Positions 34,492 to 43,860 of a stretch of 64,000 bases of DNA are shown piece after piece. The stretch covers positions 532-64,531 of the forward strand of contig CAJYAD010000022.1 in the NCBI GenBank assembly GCA_913064775.1, in the 5' to 3' direction. Made by a program: the position numbers and the translations under genes. The number at the start of each line of letters is the position of its first letter. Within the stretch, counting starts at the first letter, position 1. This DNA comes from an uncultured Albidovulum sp. (GTDB lineage Bacteria; Pseudomonadota; Alphaproteobacteria; Rhodobacterales; Rhodobacteraceae). The notes under the pieces are model-generated. The model did not search any database. It was not told the DNA's origin and saw nothing but the letters and a program-made list of their open reading frames with translations.

Positions 34492-34797
34492 CTAGAGCGC
34501 CCCCATCACCTGCTGGTTGAACCCATAGACCCGCCGCGCGCCGCCATAGGGCACCAGCCGCACCTCGCGCCGCTGCCCCGGCTCGAACCGCACCGCAGTG
34601 CCCGCGGCAATGTCCAGCCGCCGCCCCCGCGCCGCCGCACGGTCGAAATCAAGCCCCGCATTTGCCTCGGCAAAATGATAGTGAGAGCCCACCTGAACCG
34701 GCCGGTCGCCGGTATTGGCCACCATCAGCACCACCACATCGGCGCCGGCGTTCATCTCGATCTCGCCCTCGGCCACGAACAGCTCTCCCGGGATCAT
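34492..34797 (-). CDS. ureB: Urease beta subunit
   Basis: [29 protein letters not shown]. Confidence 0.97.
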   Translation of the reverse strand: MIPGELFVAEGEIEMNAGADVVVLMVANTGDRPVQVGSHYHFAEANAGLDFDRAAARGRRLDIAAGTAVRFEPGQRREVRLVPYGGARRVYGFNQQVMGAL

Positions 34798-34805
34798 CTT
34801 TAGGC

Positions 34806-34830
34806 CCTTTCATTGTTCCCCAAATACGCC
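34806..34830 (-). repeat. 25-bp REP-like element, short family, copy G, between ureA and ureB
   Basis: Reverse complement GGCGTATTTGGGGAACAATGAAAGG. Confidence 0.8.
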
Positions 34831-34849
34831 AGCGGCGCCGCCGCCCGCC

Positions 34850-35152
34850 CTAGCGGATCGGATGATGCACCGTCACCAGCTTGGTCCCGTCCGGGAATGT
34901 CGCCTCGACCTGCACCTCGTGGATCATCTCGGGCACGCCATCCATGCATAGCGCGACCGACACCACCCCCGCGGCGGCCGACATCAGATCGGCGACCGAG
35001 CGTCCGTCGCGGGCCCCCTCGACCACATAATCGGTGATCAGCGCGATCGCCTCGGGATGGTTCAGCTTCACCCCCCGCGCCAGCCGTCCGCGCGCCACCA
35101 TGGCGGCCAGACTGACCAACAGCTTGTCCTTCTCGCGTGGGCTCAGATTCAT
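34850..35152 (-). CDS. ureA: Urease gamma subunit
   Basis: [31 protein letters not shown]. Confidence 0.97.
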   Translation of the reverse strand: MNLSPREKDKLLVSLAAMVARGRLARGVKLNHPEAIALITDYVVEGARDGRSVADLMSAAAGVVSVALCMDGVPEMIHEVQVEATFPDGTKLVTVHHPIR

Positions 35153-35161
35153 GGCCCCTCC

Positions 35162-36019
35162 CTAGATCTGCCAGACACGCGGCAGCGCCCTGCCCCGCAT
35201 CGCCTCCAGCACCGCCGCGACGGCCCGTTTCAGCGGCAGCGCATCGCCCGCCCGCAGCCGCGCCACGCATTTTCCATCCCAGCCCGAGGCCGCCGCCTCG
35301 ACACCGTCAATCGCGCCGAGCCCGCCACGCCCGCCGCCCGCGTCCAGCGCCGCACGCACCGGCCCAAGGGCGTCCTCGGCCCCCGGGGCGATCAGCGCAA
35401 CAGTGGCGAAAGCCCGCGCGCCACCGATCAGCGCCGGGCCGCCGGCCAGTGTTCCGGCCGCAAGGCGCAGGGGTTCGACCAGCACGGGCGCCCCGTCGCG
35501 GCGCACCTCGCGCCAATCGTGCAATTCCAGATCCGCCAGCACCTCGCCCATCGCGGCGCGGCCCAGCACGACCATCTCGCAGATCACCAGCCGCGCATCG
35601 CCCGCCAGATCCGCCATGGTCCGCCGCCGCAGCGCCGAGCGGTCGAACAGGATCGTCTCCTGCGGCAACCAATCCAGCGCGGCACCCGCGCCGACGTGCA
35701 ACCCCACCTCCAGCTCTGCCCAGCCACCGGCCGAGGCATAGGCGCGCTCGGCCGTCTGGGTGGTGGCGACGGCGCGCGCGCCGGGCCCCAAGGTGACGTG
35801 ATAGCTTAGCCTGTCGCCGCCGGTCAGCCCGCCGGCAGTGTTCAAGAAGACCGCCTCGGGCCAGGGCGCATGGCTGCGCGGCAGAAACACCTTCGCCGCG
35901 CCTTCCTGAGAAAGTTCGGTGATCCGACCGGCCAAGGCCCGTCCACCCGTGGCAAGCCCGATGCGGGCCCGGCCACGGGTACGCTGCAGCGCGGAAAGAG
36001 GGTGCGGCGCGTCGAACAT
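35162..36019 (-). CDS. ureD: Urease accessory protein
   Basis: NTAGGLTGGD, TTQTAERAY, WLPQETILF. Start moved to ATG 36019. Confidence 0.93.
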   Translation of the reverse strand: MFDAPHPLSALQRTRGRARIGLATGGRALAGRITELSQEGAAKVFLPRSHAPWPEAVFLNTAGGLTGGDRLSYHVTLGPGARAVATTQTAERAYASAGGWAELEVGLHVGAGAALDWLPQETILFDRSALRRRTMADLAGDARLVICEMVVLGRAAMGEVLADLELHDWREVRRDGAPVLVEPLRLAAGTLAGGPALIGGARAFATVALIAPGAEDALGPVRAALDAGGGRGGLGAIDGVEAAASGWDGKCVARLRAGDALPLKRAVAAVLEAMRGRALPRVWQI

Positions 36020-36121
36020 GTCTTTTCTTATCGCGCCGCCCGGGCCAGGCACGCCCCGATCACCCGCCCCGGATACCGCACCCCGATCTTCCCGCCAATT
36101 TGCCACTTTTCGCGCCGCTAC

Positions 36122-36138
36122 TGCCTGCCAATTGGGCA
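36122..36138. promoter_or_regulatory. Possible NtrC site upstream of ureD
   Basis: TGCC-TGCCAATTG-GGCA (GC-N11-GC dyad with AT-rich centre) about 100 bp upstream of ureD. Confidence 0.4.
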
Positions 36139-36351
36139 CCTTTCGAAAGCAAAGGCCAGGCGCGCGCCGATCCCTCGCCCCCCGCCAGCTTGCCAACGCG
36201 CGGCCCCGATCTTGCCGGCTAAGGCGGGTTGCAGGCACGTCCCCTGCCGATGCTTCTTCGACGCTAGACCTGCCGCGCGGATCGCGGTAGCGACGGGACA
36301 AGGGCGTGGCTGTGCCGCGTGCCGCATCAGTTCAAGACAGGGAGAGACGCC

Positions 36352-37479
<1,128 letters not shown>

Positions 37480-37563
37480 CCTCGGCGGCGGCCCCGAAAG
37501 GCGCCGCCGCCCACCATGCCCCAAGCGGCCCGAGCCGGGCGGCAAACGTCGGCGCTGCTCCGT

Positions 37564-37684
37564 CCTTCATCTTGGATGAAAATACTCCGGGGGTCGCCAT
37601 TGGAGCGCCGTCGCCATTGGTGCTCGGACCAATGGCGCACCAATGGCAACTCCGAGCGACAATGGCGACGGGGGCAGCGCCCCC
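37564..37684 (-). repeat. REP-like element, long family, copy H with the 77-bp payload
   Basis: 37588-37673 is the exact reverse complement of 24574-24659; outer hairpin GGGGCGCTGCCCC and tail GGAGTATTTTCATCCAAGATGAAGG. Confidence 0.87.
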
Positions 37685-37693
37685 GCCACGGCC

Positions 37694-38284
37694 TCAGCCC
37701 AGCATCACCGGCGTCCGGTCCCCGCCCGCGAAACGCCGCAGCACCGCCGGATAAAGCCGATGCTCCTGCACCAGCACCCGGGCGGCCAGGGTTTCAGGCG
37801 TGTCGCCGGGAAGGATCGGCACAAGCGCCTGGCCCAGGATCGGCCCGGCATCCAGTTCGGCGGTCACCTCATGCACGGTGCAGCCGGCCTCGGCATCGCC
37901 GGCCTCCAGCGCGCGGGCATGGGTGTGAAGCCCGGGATATTTCGGCAGCAGCGAGGGATGGATGTTCAGCATCCTGCCCTCGAACCGGCGCACGAAATCG
38001 GGCGTCAGCACCCGCATGAAACCGGCAAGACACAGGATGTCCAGCTCGGCCGCCAGTATCGGCTTCAGCAGTTCCGCCTCGAACGCCGCGCGGTCGCGAC
38101 CGAAGCCTCGGTGATCGACCGCCGCCGTCGGGATCCCCTGCGCGCGCGCCTTGGTCAGCCCCCCGGCGCCGGGGTCGTTCGAGGCCACCAGCACCGCGCG
38201 CGCCGGGTGATCCCCGGTCATCGCACGCAGCAGCGCCAGCATGTTCGACCCGCCGCCCGAGATCAGGATGGCAACGCGTTTCAC
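37694..38284 (-). CDS. purN: Phosphoribosylglycinamide formyltransferase
   Basis: [34 protein letters not shown]. Confidence 0.96.
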   Translation of the reverse strand: MKRVAILISGGGSNMLALLRAMTGDHPARAVLVASNDPGAGGLTKARAQGIPTAAVDHRGFGRDRAAFEAELLKPILAAELDILCLAGFMRVLTPDFVRRFEGRMLNIHPSLLPKYPGLHTHARALEAGDAEAGCTVHEVTAELDAGPILGQALVPILPGDTPETLAARVLVQEHRLYPAVLRRFAGGDRTPVMLG

Positions 38285-39327
38285 AGCAGGCGACCGCTGT
38301 AGCGCACCCCCTGCCCGGCCGTCACCCGGCCGATGCGGTGTACCGTCTCGCCCTCGGCCACCAGCAGATCGGACAGCGCCTCGGCCCGGTCGGGTGCCAC
38401 GACCACCACCATGCCGATGCCTGCGTTGAAGGTTTTCAAAAGCTCGGCCTGATCCAGCTGCGCGCCCTCGGCCAACCAGCGAAAGACGCCCGGCAGTTCC
38501 CAGGCGCCAAGGTCGATCTCGGCGCCCAGACCCTCGGGCAACACCCGCGGCAGGTTCTCGGTCAGCCCGCCGCCGGTGATATGGGCCAGCCCATGCACCC
38601 CGCCCGACCGCAGCGCCGCCAGCGCCGAGGTGACGTAGAGCTTCGTCGGCGTCAGCAGCGCGGCCCCCAGGGGGCCTTGCGCGAAGGGCGCCGGCGCGTC
38701 CCAGCCCAGCCCGGCGCGCTCAACCACCTTGCGCACCAGCGAAAAGCCGTTCGAATGCACCCCGGAGGAGGCCAGACCCAGCAGCACATCGCCCTCGGCC
38801 ACGCCGGCGGGCAGCGCGCCGCCACGTTCCATCGCGCCCACGGCAAAGCCCGCCAGATCGAAATCACCCGCGTGATACATGCCCGGCATCTCGGCGGTCT
38901 CGCCGCCGATCAGCGCGCAGCCCGAGGCCGCACAGCCCTCGGCAATGCCTTCGATGACGGCGGCGGCCTCTTCGACGTGCAGCTTGCCGGTGGCGAAATA
39001 ATCTAGGAAGAACAAGGGCTCGGCCCCCTGGCAGATCAGATCGTTCACGCACATCGCGACCAGATCGATGCCCACCTGGCCCACATGGCCGGTGTCGATG
39101 GCGATGCGCAGCTTGGTGCCCACCCCGTCGGTCGCCGCCACCAGCACCGGATCGTCATAGCCCGCGGCCTTCAGATCGAAAAGCGCACCGAAGCCGCCCA
39201 GCCCGGCCATCGTGCCGGGCCGCGCAGTGCGTTTGGCGGCGGGTTTGATCCGCTCGACCAGGGCGTTGCCCGCGTCGATATCCACCCCCGCCTGCGCATA
39301 GGTGAGCCCCTTGTTCGCGTCCGTCAT
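38281..39327 (-). CDS. purM: Phosphoribosylformylglycinamidine cyclo-ligase
   Basis: [37 protein letters not shown]. Confidence 0.97.
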   Translation of the reverse strand: MTDANKGLTYAQAGVDIDAGNALVERIKPAAKRTARPGTMAGLGGFGALFDLKAAGYDDPVLVAATDGVGTKLRIAIDTGHVGQVGIDLVAMCVNDLICQGAEPLFFLDYFATGKLHVEEAAAVIEGIAEGCAASGCALIGGETAEMPGMYHAGDFDLAGFAVGAMERGGALPAGVAEGDVLLGLASSGVHSNGFSLVRKVVERAGLGWDAPAPFAQGPLGAALLTPTKLYVTSALAALRSGGVHGLAHITGGGLTENLPRVLPEGLGAEIDLGAWELPGVFRWLAEGAQLDQAELLKTFNAGIGMVVVVAPDRAEALSDLLVAEGETVHRIGRVTAGQGVRYSGRLL

Positions 39328-39473
39328 GGCAGCCTCGCAAAAGTTTGGCCCCGCATAGACGAAAGCCGCGCCCCGCGCAACGCGGGCCTGCGCGGCAAGG
39401 ACGACGCAAACGCGCAGGCGATGCCGCGCCGGTGCTTGACCACGCGAGGACGATCTGACACCTAGAAGTCGCC

Positions 39474-39550
39474 GGGCCTGTAGCTCAATTGGTCAGAGCA
39501 GGGCGCTCATAACGCCTTGGTTGGGGGTTCAAGTCCCTCCGGGCCTACCA
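39474..39550 (+). tRNA. tRNA-Ile2 (CAT anticodon, lysidine type)
   Basis: GGGCCTGTAGCTCAATTGGTCAGAGCAGGGCGCTCATAACGCCTTGGTTGGGGGTTCAAGTCCCTCCGGGCCTACCA; C4:G69 and C5:G68 are the TilS determinants; no initiator features. Confidence 0.9.
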
Positions 39551-39723
39551 CGGCAAATCCATATACCTGAAAAAAAACGGATATTCCGCTTATCCCCCCG
39601 GCCAGACGGCTGTGGGAGGCCCTCGATCAAGCGCGCGCGCCACCGCGATCGCCTCGGCGCAGCCGCCACGGGCATCATTTCCACAGCAAGGCTGGGCGGG
39701 GTTCGTTTGAATGTCGGGAAAAA

Positions 39724-39800
39724 TGGTAGCGGAGGAGGGACTTGAACCCCCGACACGCGGATTATGATTCCGCTGCTCTAACCAACTGAGCTACTCCGCC
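39724..39800 (-). tRNA. tRNA-Met (elongator, CAT)
   Basis: Reverse complement GGCGGAGTAGCTCAGTTGGTTAGAGCAGCGGAATCATAATCCGCGTGTCGGGGGTTCAAGTCCCTCCTCCGCTACCA; G2:C71, C3:G70, A73. Confidence 0.93.
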
Positions 39801-39813
39801 ACTGGGTAGCGGC

Positions 39814-39842
39814 GGGATAATCAAGCGCCGCCGGGGCGTCAA
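39814..39842 (-). promoter_or_regulatory. Sigma70-type promoter of tRNA-Met
   Basis: TTGACG-N17-TATCCC ending 13 nt upstream of the tRNA. Confidence 0.6.
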
Positions 39843-39869
39843 GGGCAAAACGCCCCCGGCGGCGCCAAA

Positions 39870-40628
39870 TCAACCCGCCCGGGCAAGCGCCCGCGCAATC
39901 AGCGCCGGAACCCCGGGATGCGCCCCGATCGGCGCCAGCACCAGCCCGGTGAAACCCGCCTGAGACAGCGCGCGCGGCACGTCCTCGCGCACATGCGCCG
40001 CCGCCTGCGCGAACAGCGGCAGGCACAGCCCCGGCCCGCGCGCCGCCGCCGCCCGGGCAACGCTGGTCAGGAACGGCGCCTCCTCGATCATGCCGACCTC
40101 GACCCGGGCGAAGGGGCCGAGTGCCAGCGTCCGCGCCAATGCCGCCGCCGCCTGCGCCGAGGCCCGCGCCCCCGCGCCGGTCCCGCTGGAGCCATGCGCC
40201 GCCAGCAGCAAGGTCGATCGGGCTGGATCAAGCGCCGCCGCCTTGGCCCCGGCCTCGGCCGCGGCGCGGGCCAGGGCGGGAAGGCCCGGATCGGCGCCAA
40301 AGGGCGCCAGACTGCGCACGCCGCCCCGCCCGGCCAGAATCAGCCGGCGCGGCAACTCGGTCGTGGTGAACCAGCCCTCGGCCATGAAGAACGGATAGAT
40401 CAGCGGCGCCTCGAGGCCCATCAGCGCCGCCTCCAGCGCCCCCGGCGCGGCCAGCGTGGCGCCGCGCAGCGCCCAGGTCGGGAGCAGCGCCCCGACCCGG
40501 GCCGCCAGATCCGCCATCGCGCGCTCTTGCGGGGCCGGGTCGGACGGCGCGCCATGGGCGACCAGAATTGCCGAGCGGGTCTTGCCGCCCCCTGCATCAT
40601 GCGTCGGGGTCATTGGATTTCTCTGCAT
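39870..40628 (-). CDS. CbiX/SirB family chelatase-like protein
   Basis: Two repeats of the chelatase domain (LVAHG...YPFFMAEG; LAAHGS...PLFAQAAAHVREDVP). Start moved to ATG 40628, in a TGATG overlap with the monooxygenase. Confidence 0.8.
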   Translation of the reverse strand: MQRNPMTPTHDAGGGKTRSAILVAHGAPSDPAPQERAMADLAARVGALLPTWALRGATLAAPGALEAALMGLEAPLIYPFFMAEGWFTTTELPRRLILAGRGGVRSLAPFGADPGLPALARAAAEAGAKAAALDPARSTLLLAAHGSSGTGAGARASAQAAAALARTLALGPFARVEVGMIEEAPFLTSVARAAAARGPGLCLPLFAQAAAHVREDVPRALSQAGFTGLVLAPIGAHPGVPALIARALARAG

Positions 40629-41809
40629 CACCCGGCCTGCCGCTGGGTCACATCGTGGCCGTAGAGCCAGTCGAACCGCTTCAGCGGCGCCATCGGCATC
40701 AGCGCCCCGCCCAGCCGCAGCCCGGCATGGGCCACCATGCGCGGCAGGCCACGCAGGTGGTAGGCCCGGGCATTGGCATTCGCCGCCGCCACCGCCCGTT
40801 TCACCCGCCCCTCGCGCGCCATCTGATAGGCGGCAAAGCCCGCCTCGATGCTGTCGGCGCGGGCCAGCCGGTCGGCCAGCACCCAGGCGTCTTCGAGCGC
40901 CATATTGGCGCCCTGGGCCAGGAACGGCAGCGTCGGATGGGCCGCGTCGCCCAGAATCGCCGCGCCGTGACCATGCCAGCGCGGCGCCACCGGATGCCGG
41001 AAAAGCCCCCACAGATGCACCACTTCGACCTGATCCAGCCAGTTCCTCACCTCGGGGGCGAAATCCCCGAAACTGATGCGCGGCGCGACCGGGTCATCCT
41101 TTTGCGCCCAGCTTTCATCGGCCCAGCGGTGGCGTTCCTCGACCGCGACGATGTTGCGAAGGGTGCCGCCGCGCAGCGGATAGCTGACCAGATGTCGCCC
41201 GGCCCCCAGGAAGACCTGCGCCACCGGCGCGGCATCCGGCTCGGCCGGGATGATCGCCCGCCAGGCCACCTGATGGGTGAAGAAGGGCGTCACCTTGCCG
41301 TTCAGCGCCTGATGCACCCGCGAATGAAGCCCGTCGGCGCCCAGAAGCAGCGGCACCTCGACCGTCTCGCCGCGGGCCAGTGTCAGCCGGGGGGGATGAT
41401 CGCCCAGCTCAACCGCCGCGATCCGCGCGTCGAGCGTGACATGCACCCCCGCCGCGCGCGCCGCCGCCGCCAGCATGTCGATCAGATCGGCCCGGTGGAT
41501 GAAGTAATAGGGCTGCTCGGGGCGTAGCTGGCGCAGGTTCAGCCGCAGCACCGGTGCGCCGGACTGCCCGTTGCGCAGCACCACCCCGTCCGAGCGATCG
41601 CCAATCGCCGCAAGCTGCTGGGCCAGCCCCAGACCGCGCAGCACCGCGGCGCCGTTGGGGCTTATCTGGATGCCGGCGCCGACCTCACGGATCGCCTCGG
41701 CCTGCTCCAGCACAGTGACCTGGGCCCCCTGCCGCGCCAGCGCGATCGCGGCGGTAAGCCCCGCCACCCCCGCACCGACGATCGTGATCTTCGTTCCCGT
41801 GACTGACAT
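40628..41809 (-). CDS. Group A FAD-dependent monooxygenase (salicylate hydroxylase-like)
   Basis: GAGVAGL, EVGAGIQISPN, GADGLHS, GDAAHPTLPFLAQGANMALEDA. Confidence 0.9.
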   Translation of the reverse strand: MSVTGTKITIVGAGVAGLTAAIALARQGAQVTVLEQAEAIREVGAGIQISPNGAAVLRGLGLAQQLAAIGDRSDGVVLRNGQSGAPVLRLNLRQLRPEQPYYFIHRADLIDMLAAAARAAGVHVTLDARIAAVELGDHPPRLTLARGETVEVPLLLGADGLHSRVHQALNGKVTPFFTHQVAWRAIIPAEPDAAPVAQVFLGAGRHLVSYPLRGGTLRNIVAVEERHRWADESWAQKDDPVAPRISFGDFAPEVRNWLDQVEVVHLWGLFRHPVAPRWHGHGAAILGDAAHPTLPFLAQGANMALEDAWVLADRLARADSIEAGFAAYQMAREGRVKRAVAAANANARAYHLRGLPRMVAHAGLRLGGALMPMAPLKRFDWLYGHDVTQRQAG

Positions 41810-41865
41810 CCCGTTCCTCCGGCATCCGTGCGGCTTGCTTATGACACATCGGCGCGAGGTCGGGT

Positions 41866-41879
41866 TTGACAGGGATCAA
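41866..41879. promoter_or_regulatory. FNR/FnrL-type binding site
   Basis: TTGAC-AGGG-ATCAA, 57 bp upstream of the monooxygenase start. Confidence 0.7.
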
Positions 41880-42156
41880 GCCAAAGGCAAATAGCGGAGA
41901 GTCTAATTGCGCGATGCACGCTTCAGTTGTCGCACAAGCAAGACCGCACGGTCCCGTCGAGTGGCGCATCGCGGTGAGGGGGTATCATCCTTGAAGACGC
42001 CAAGGCCGCCCAAGCGGGAGCGCGGTCGACAGCCCCGAGGCGCCTACGCGCAGGGCCGCAGTCACGCCCGCGGGTAGACCGGCAGAGGCAAAGAGACGCG
42101 CCGCCTGCCCCCGCACGCCGAGCGGCAGGGGCCTTGGCGCAGCCCCGCCCATCCGG

Positions 42157-42579
42157 TCAATCGTCGCGGTGCACTTTCTCGCGGCGTTCGTGCTTTTCCT
42201 GCGCTTCCAGCGTCATCGTCGCGATCGGACGGGCATCCAGCCGCTTGAGGCTGATCTGCTCTCCGGTCACTTCGCAATAGCCGTATTCGCCATTCTGGAT
42301 CCGGCGCAGCGCCGCGTCGATCTTCGACACCAGCTTGCGCTGGCGGTCGCGGGTCCGCAGTTCCAGCGCGCGGTCGGTTTCCTCGCTGGCACGGTCGGCG
42401 ATGTCGGGGACGCTGCGGGCGCTGTCTTGCAGCCCCTCGATGGTCTCGGCCGAAAGATCGATGATCTCGGTCTTCCAGGCATTCAGCTTGCGGCGGAAGT
42501 ACTCTAGCTGCCGTTCGTTCATGAAAGGCTCATCCTCGGCCGGCCGGTAATCCTCGGGAAGAAAGATCTCGGGCTTCAT
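42157..42579 (-). CDS. dksA: RNA polymerase-binding protein DksA (Zn-free alphaproteobacterial type)
   Basis: DIADRASEETD coiled-coil tip (DxxDxA), RTRDRQRKL, YGYCEVTGE...LDARPIATMTLEAQE. Start 42579 has an AGGAGG RBS; 42648 is an alternative. Confidence 0.95.
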   Translation of the reverse strand: MKPEIFLPEDYRPAEDEPFMNERQLEYFRRKLNAWKTEIIDLSAETIEGLQDSARSVPDIADRASEETDRALELRTRDRQRKLVSKIDAALRRIQNGEYGYCEVTGEQISLKRLDARPIATMTLEAQEKHERREKVHRDD

Positions 42580-42778
42580 CTCTGCCTCCTCAATAGCGAC
42601 AGAGCCATCCAGCGTGTGATCAATTTGTGGATCTTCGGTTTTCGGCATCCGTCATCCCTTCGGGCGACCCTATATCCGCAGCGGCGCAGGTTGTCACTAG
42701 GGCACGACCCAGGTTGCGACAAAATTGGCGCGTGCTATGGTCCGTGCGAAACATCGCAGAGAAGTCTCGGGCAGCATT

Positions 42779-43618
42779 ATGAAATTTACGTCAACGGAAA
42801 GCTATGTCGCGACCGAGGATCTCAGCCTTGCCGTGGATGCCGCGGTCGCGCTGGAGCGCCCGCTGCTGGTGAAGGGCGAACCCGGCACCGGCAAGACCGA
42901 ACTGGCCCGTCAGGTGGCCGCCAGCCTGGGCCTGCCGCTGATCGAATGGCACATCAAATCCACCACCCGCGCCCAGCAGGGCCTTTACGAATACGACGCC
43001 GTCAGCCGGCTGCGCGACAGTCAACTGGGGGATGAGCGGGTCCACGACATCTCGAACTACATCAAGAAGGGCAAGCTCTGGCAGGCGTTCGAGGCCGAGG
43101 GCCGTGTGGTGTTGCTGATCGACGAGGTCGACAAGGCCGATATCGAGTTTCCCAACGACCTGCTGCAGGAACTCGACCGGATGGAGTTCTTCGTCTATGA
43201 GACCGGCCAGACGGTGCGCGCCCGCCAGCGCCCGGTCGTGATCATCACCTCGAACAATGAAAAAGAGCTGCCCGACGCTTTCCTCAGGCGCTGCTTCTTC
43301 CACTACATCCGCTTCCCCGACCCCGAGACCCTGCGCCGCATCGTCGAGGTCCACCATCCGGGCATCAAGGAGGCGCTGCTGACCGCCGCGCTGACCCGAT
43401 TCTACGAGATTCGCGAAACCCCGGGGGTGAAGAAAAAGCCTTCGACCTCGGAGGTGCTGGATTGGCTGAAGCTGCTTATGGCCGAGGATCTGGACCCCGC
43501 CGATCTGAAGGCCGAGGGCAAGAGCGCCCTGCCCCGCCTGCACGGCGCGCTGCTGAAGAACGAGCAGGACGTGCATCTGTTCGAACGCCTGGCCTTCATG
43601 GCGCGGGGACAGAGGTAG
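42779..43618 (+). CDS. MoxR-family AAA+ ATPase
   Basis: GEPGTGKT, LLIDEVDKADIEFPNDLL, ELPDAFLRRC. Start moved to ATG 42779. Confidence 0.92.
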   Translation: MKFTSTESYVATEDLSLAVDAAVALERPLLVKGEPGTGKTELARQVAASLGLPLIEWHIKSTTRAQQGLYEYDAVSRLRDSQLGDERVHDISNYIKKGKLWQAFEAEGRVVLLIDEVDKADIEFPNDLLQELDRMEFFVYETGQTVRARQRPVVIITSNNEKELPDAFLRRCFFHYIRFPDPETLRRIVEVHHPGIKEALLTAALTRFYEIRETPGVKKKPSTSEVLDWLKLLMAEDLDPADLKAEGKSALPRLHGALLKNEQDVHLFERLAFMARGQR

Positions 43619-43694
43619 GGCCGCGCGAGGCCGTCGGCCTGATCCCTGCCGCAGTTCAGCTGGGCCCTCTTGCCGCCCGGTACGCGCCGCAGGC

Positions 43695-43837
43695 GCAGGG
43701 CGAGCGCCTGCCCGCCCGGACGGGCTGGCGCTTTGGGAATCACGCGAGACCGCCCCAGTTCACGCAGTACTTTGCAGTCATTAATGGCGACGCCCTACCT
43801 TCAGGTGCGCCACCCCGCGGGCAGGCGCGCGCCCTGC
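43695..43837. repeat. REPIN/MITE-like inverted doublet
   Basis: 21-bp inverted repeats GCAGGGCG(A/C)GCGCCTGCCCGC at 43695-43715 and 43817-43837 (one mismatch) around a 101-bp core. Confidence 0.7.
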
Positions 43838-43860
43838 TCAAGCATTGACGTCGAGGCCCC

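Noticed and set aside
36020-36200. Sigma54 promoter for the urease operon
   Set aside because: The TGGCA words present lack a GC at the required GG-N10-GC spacing.
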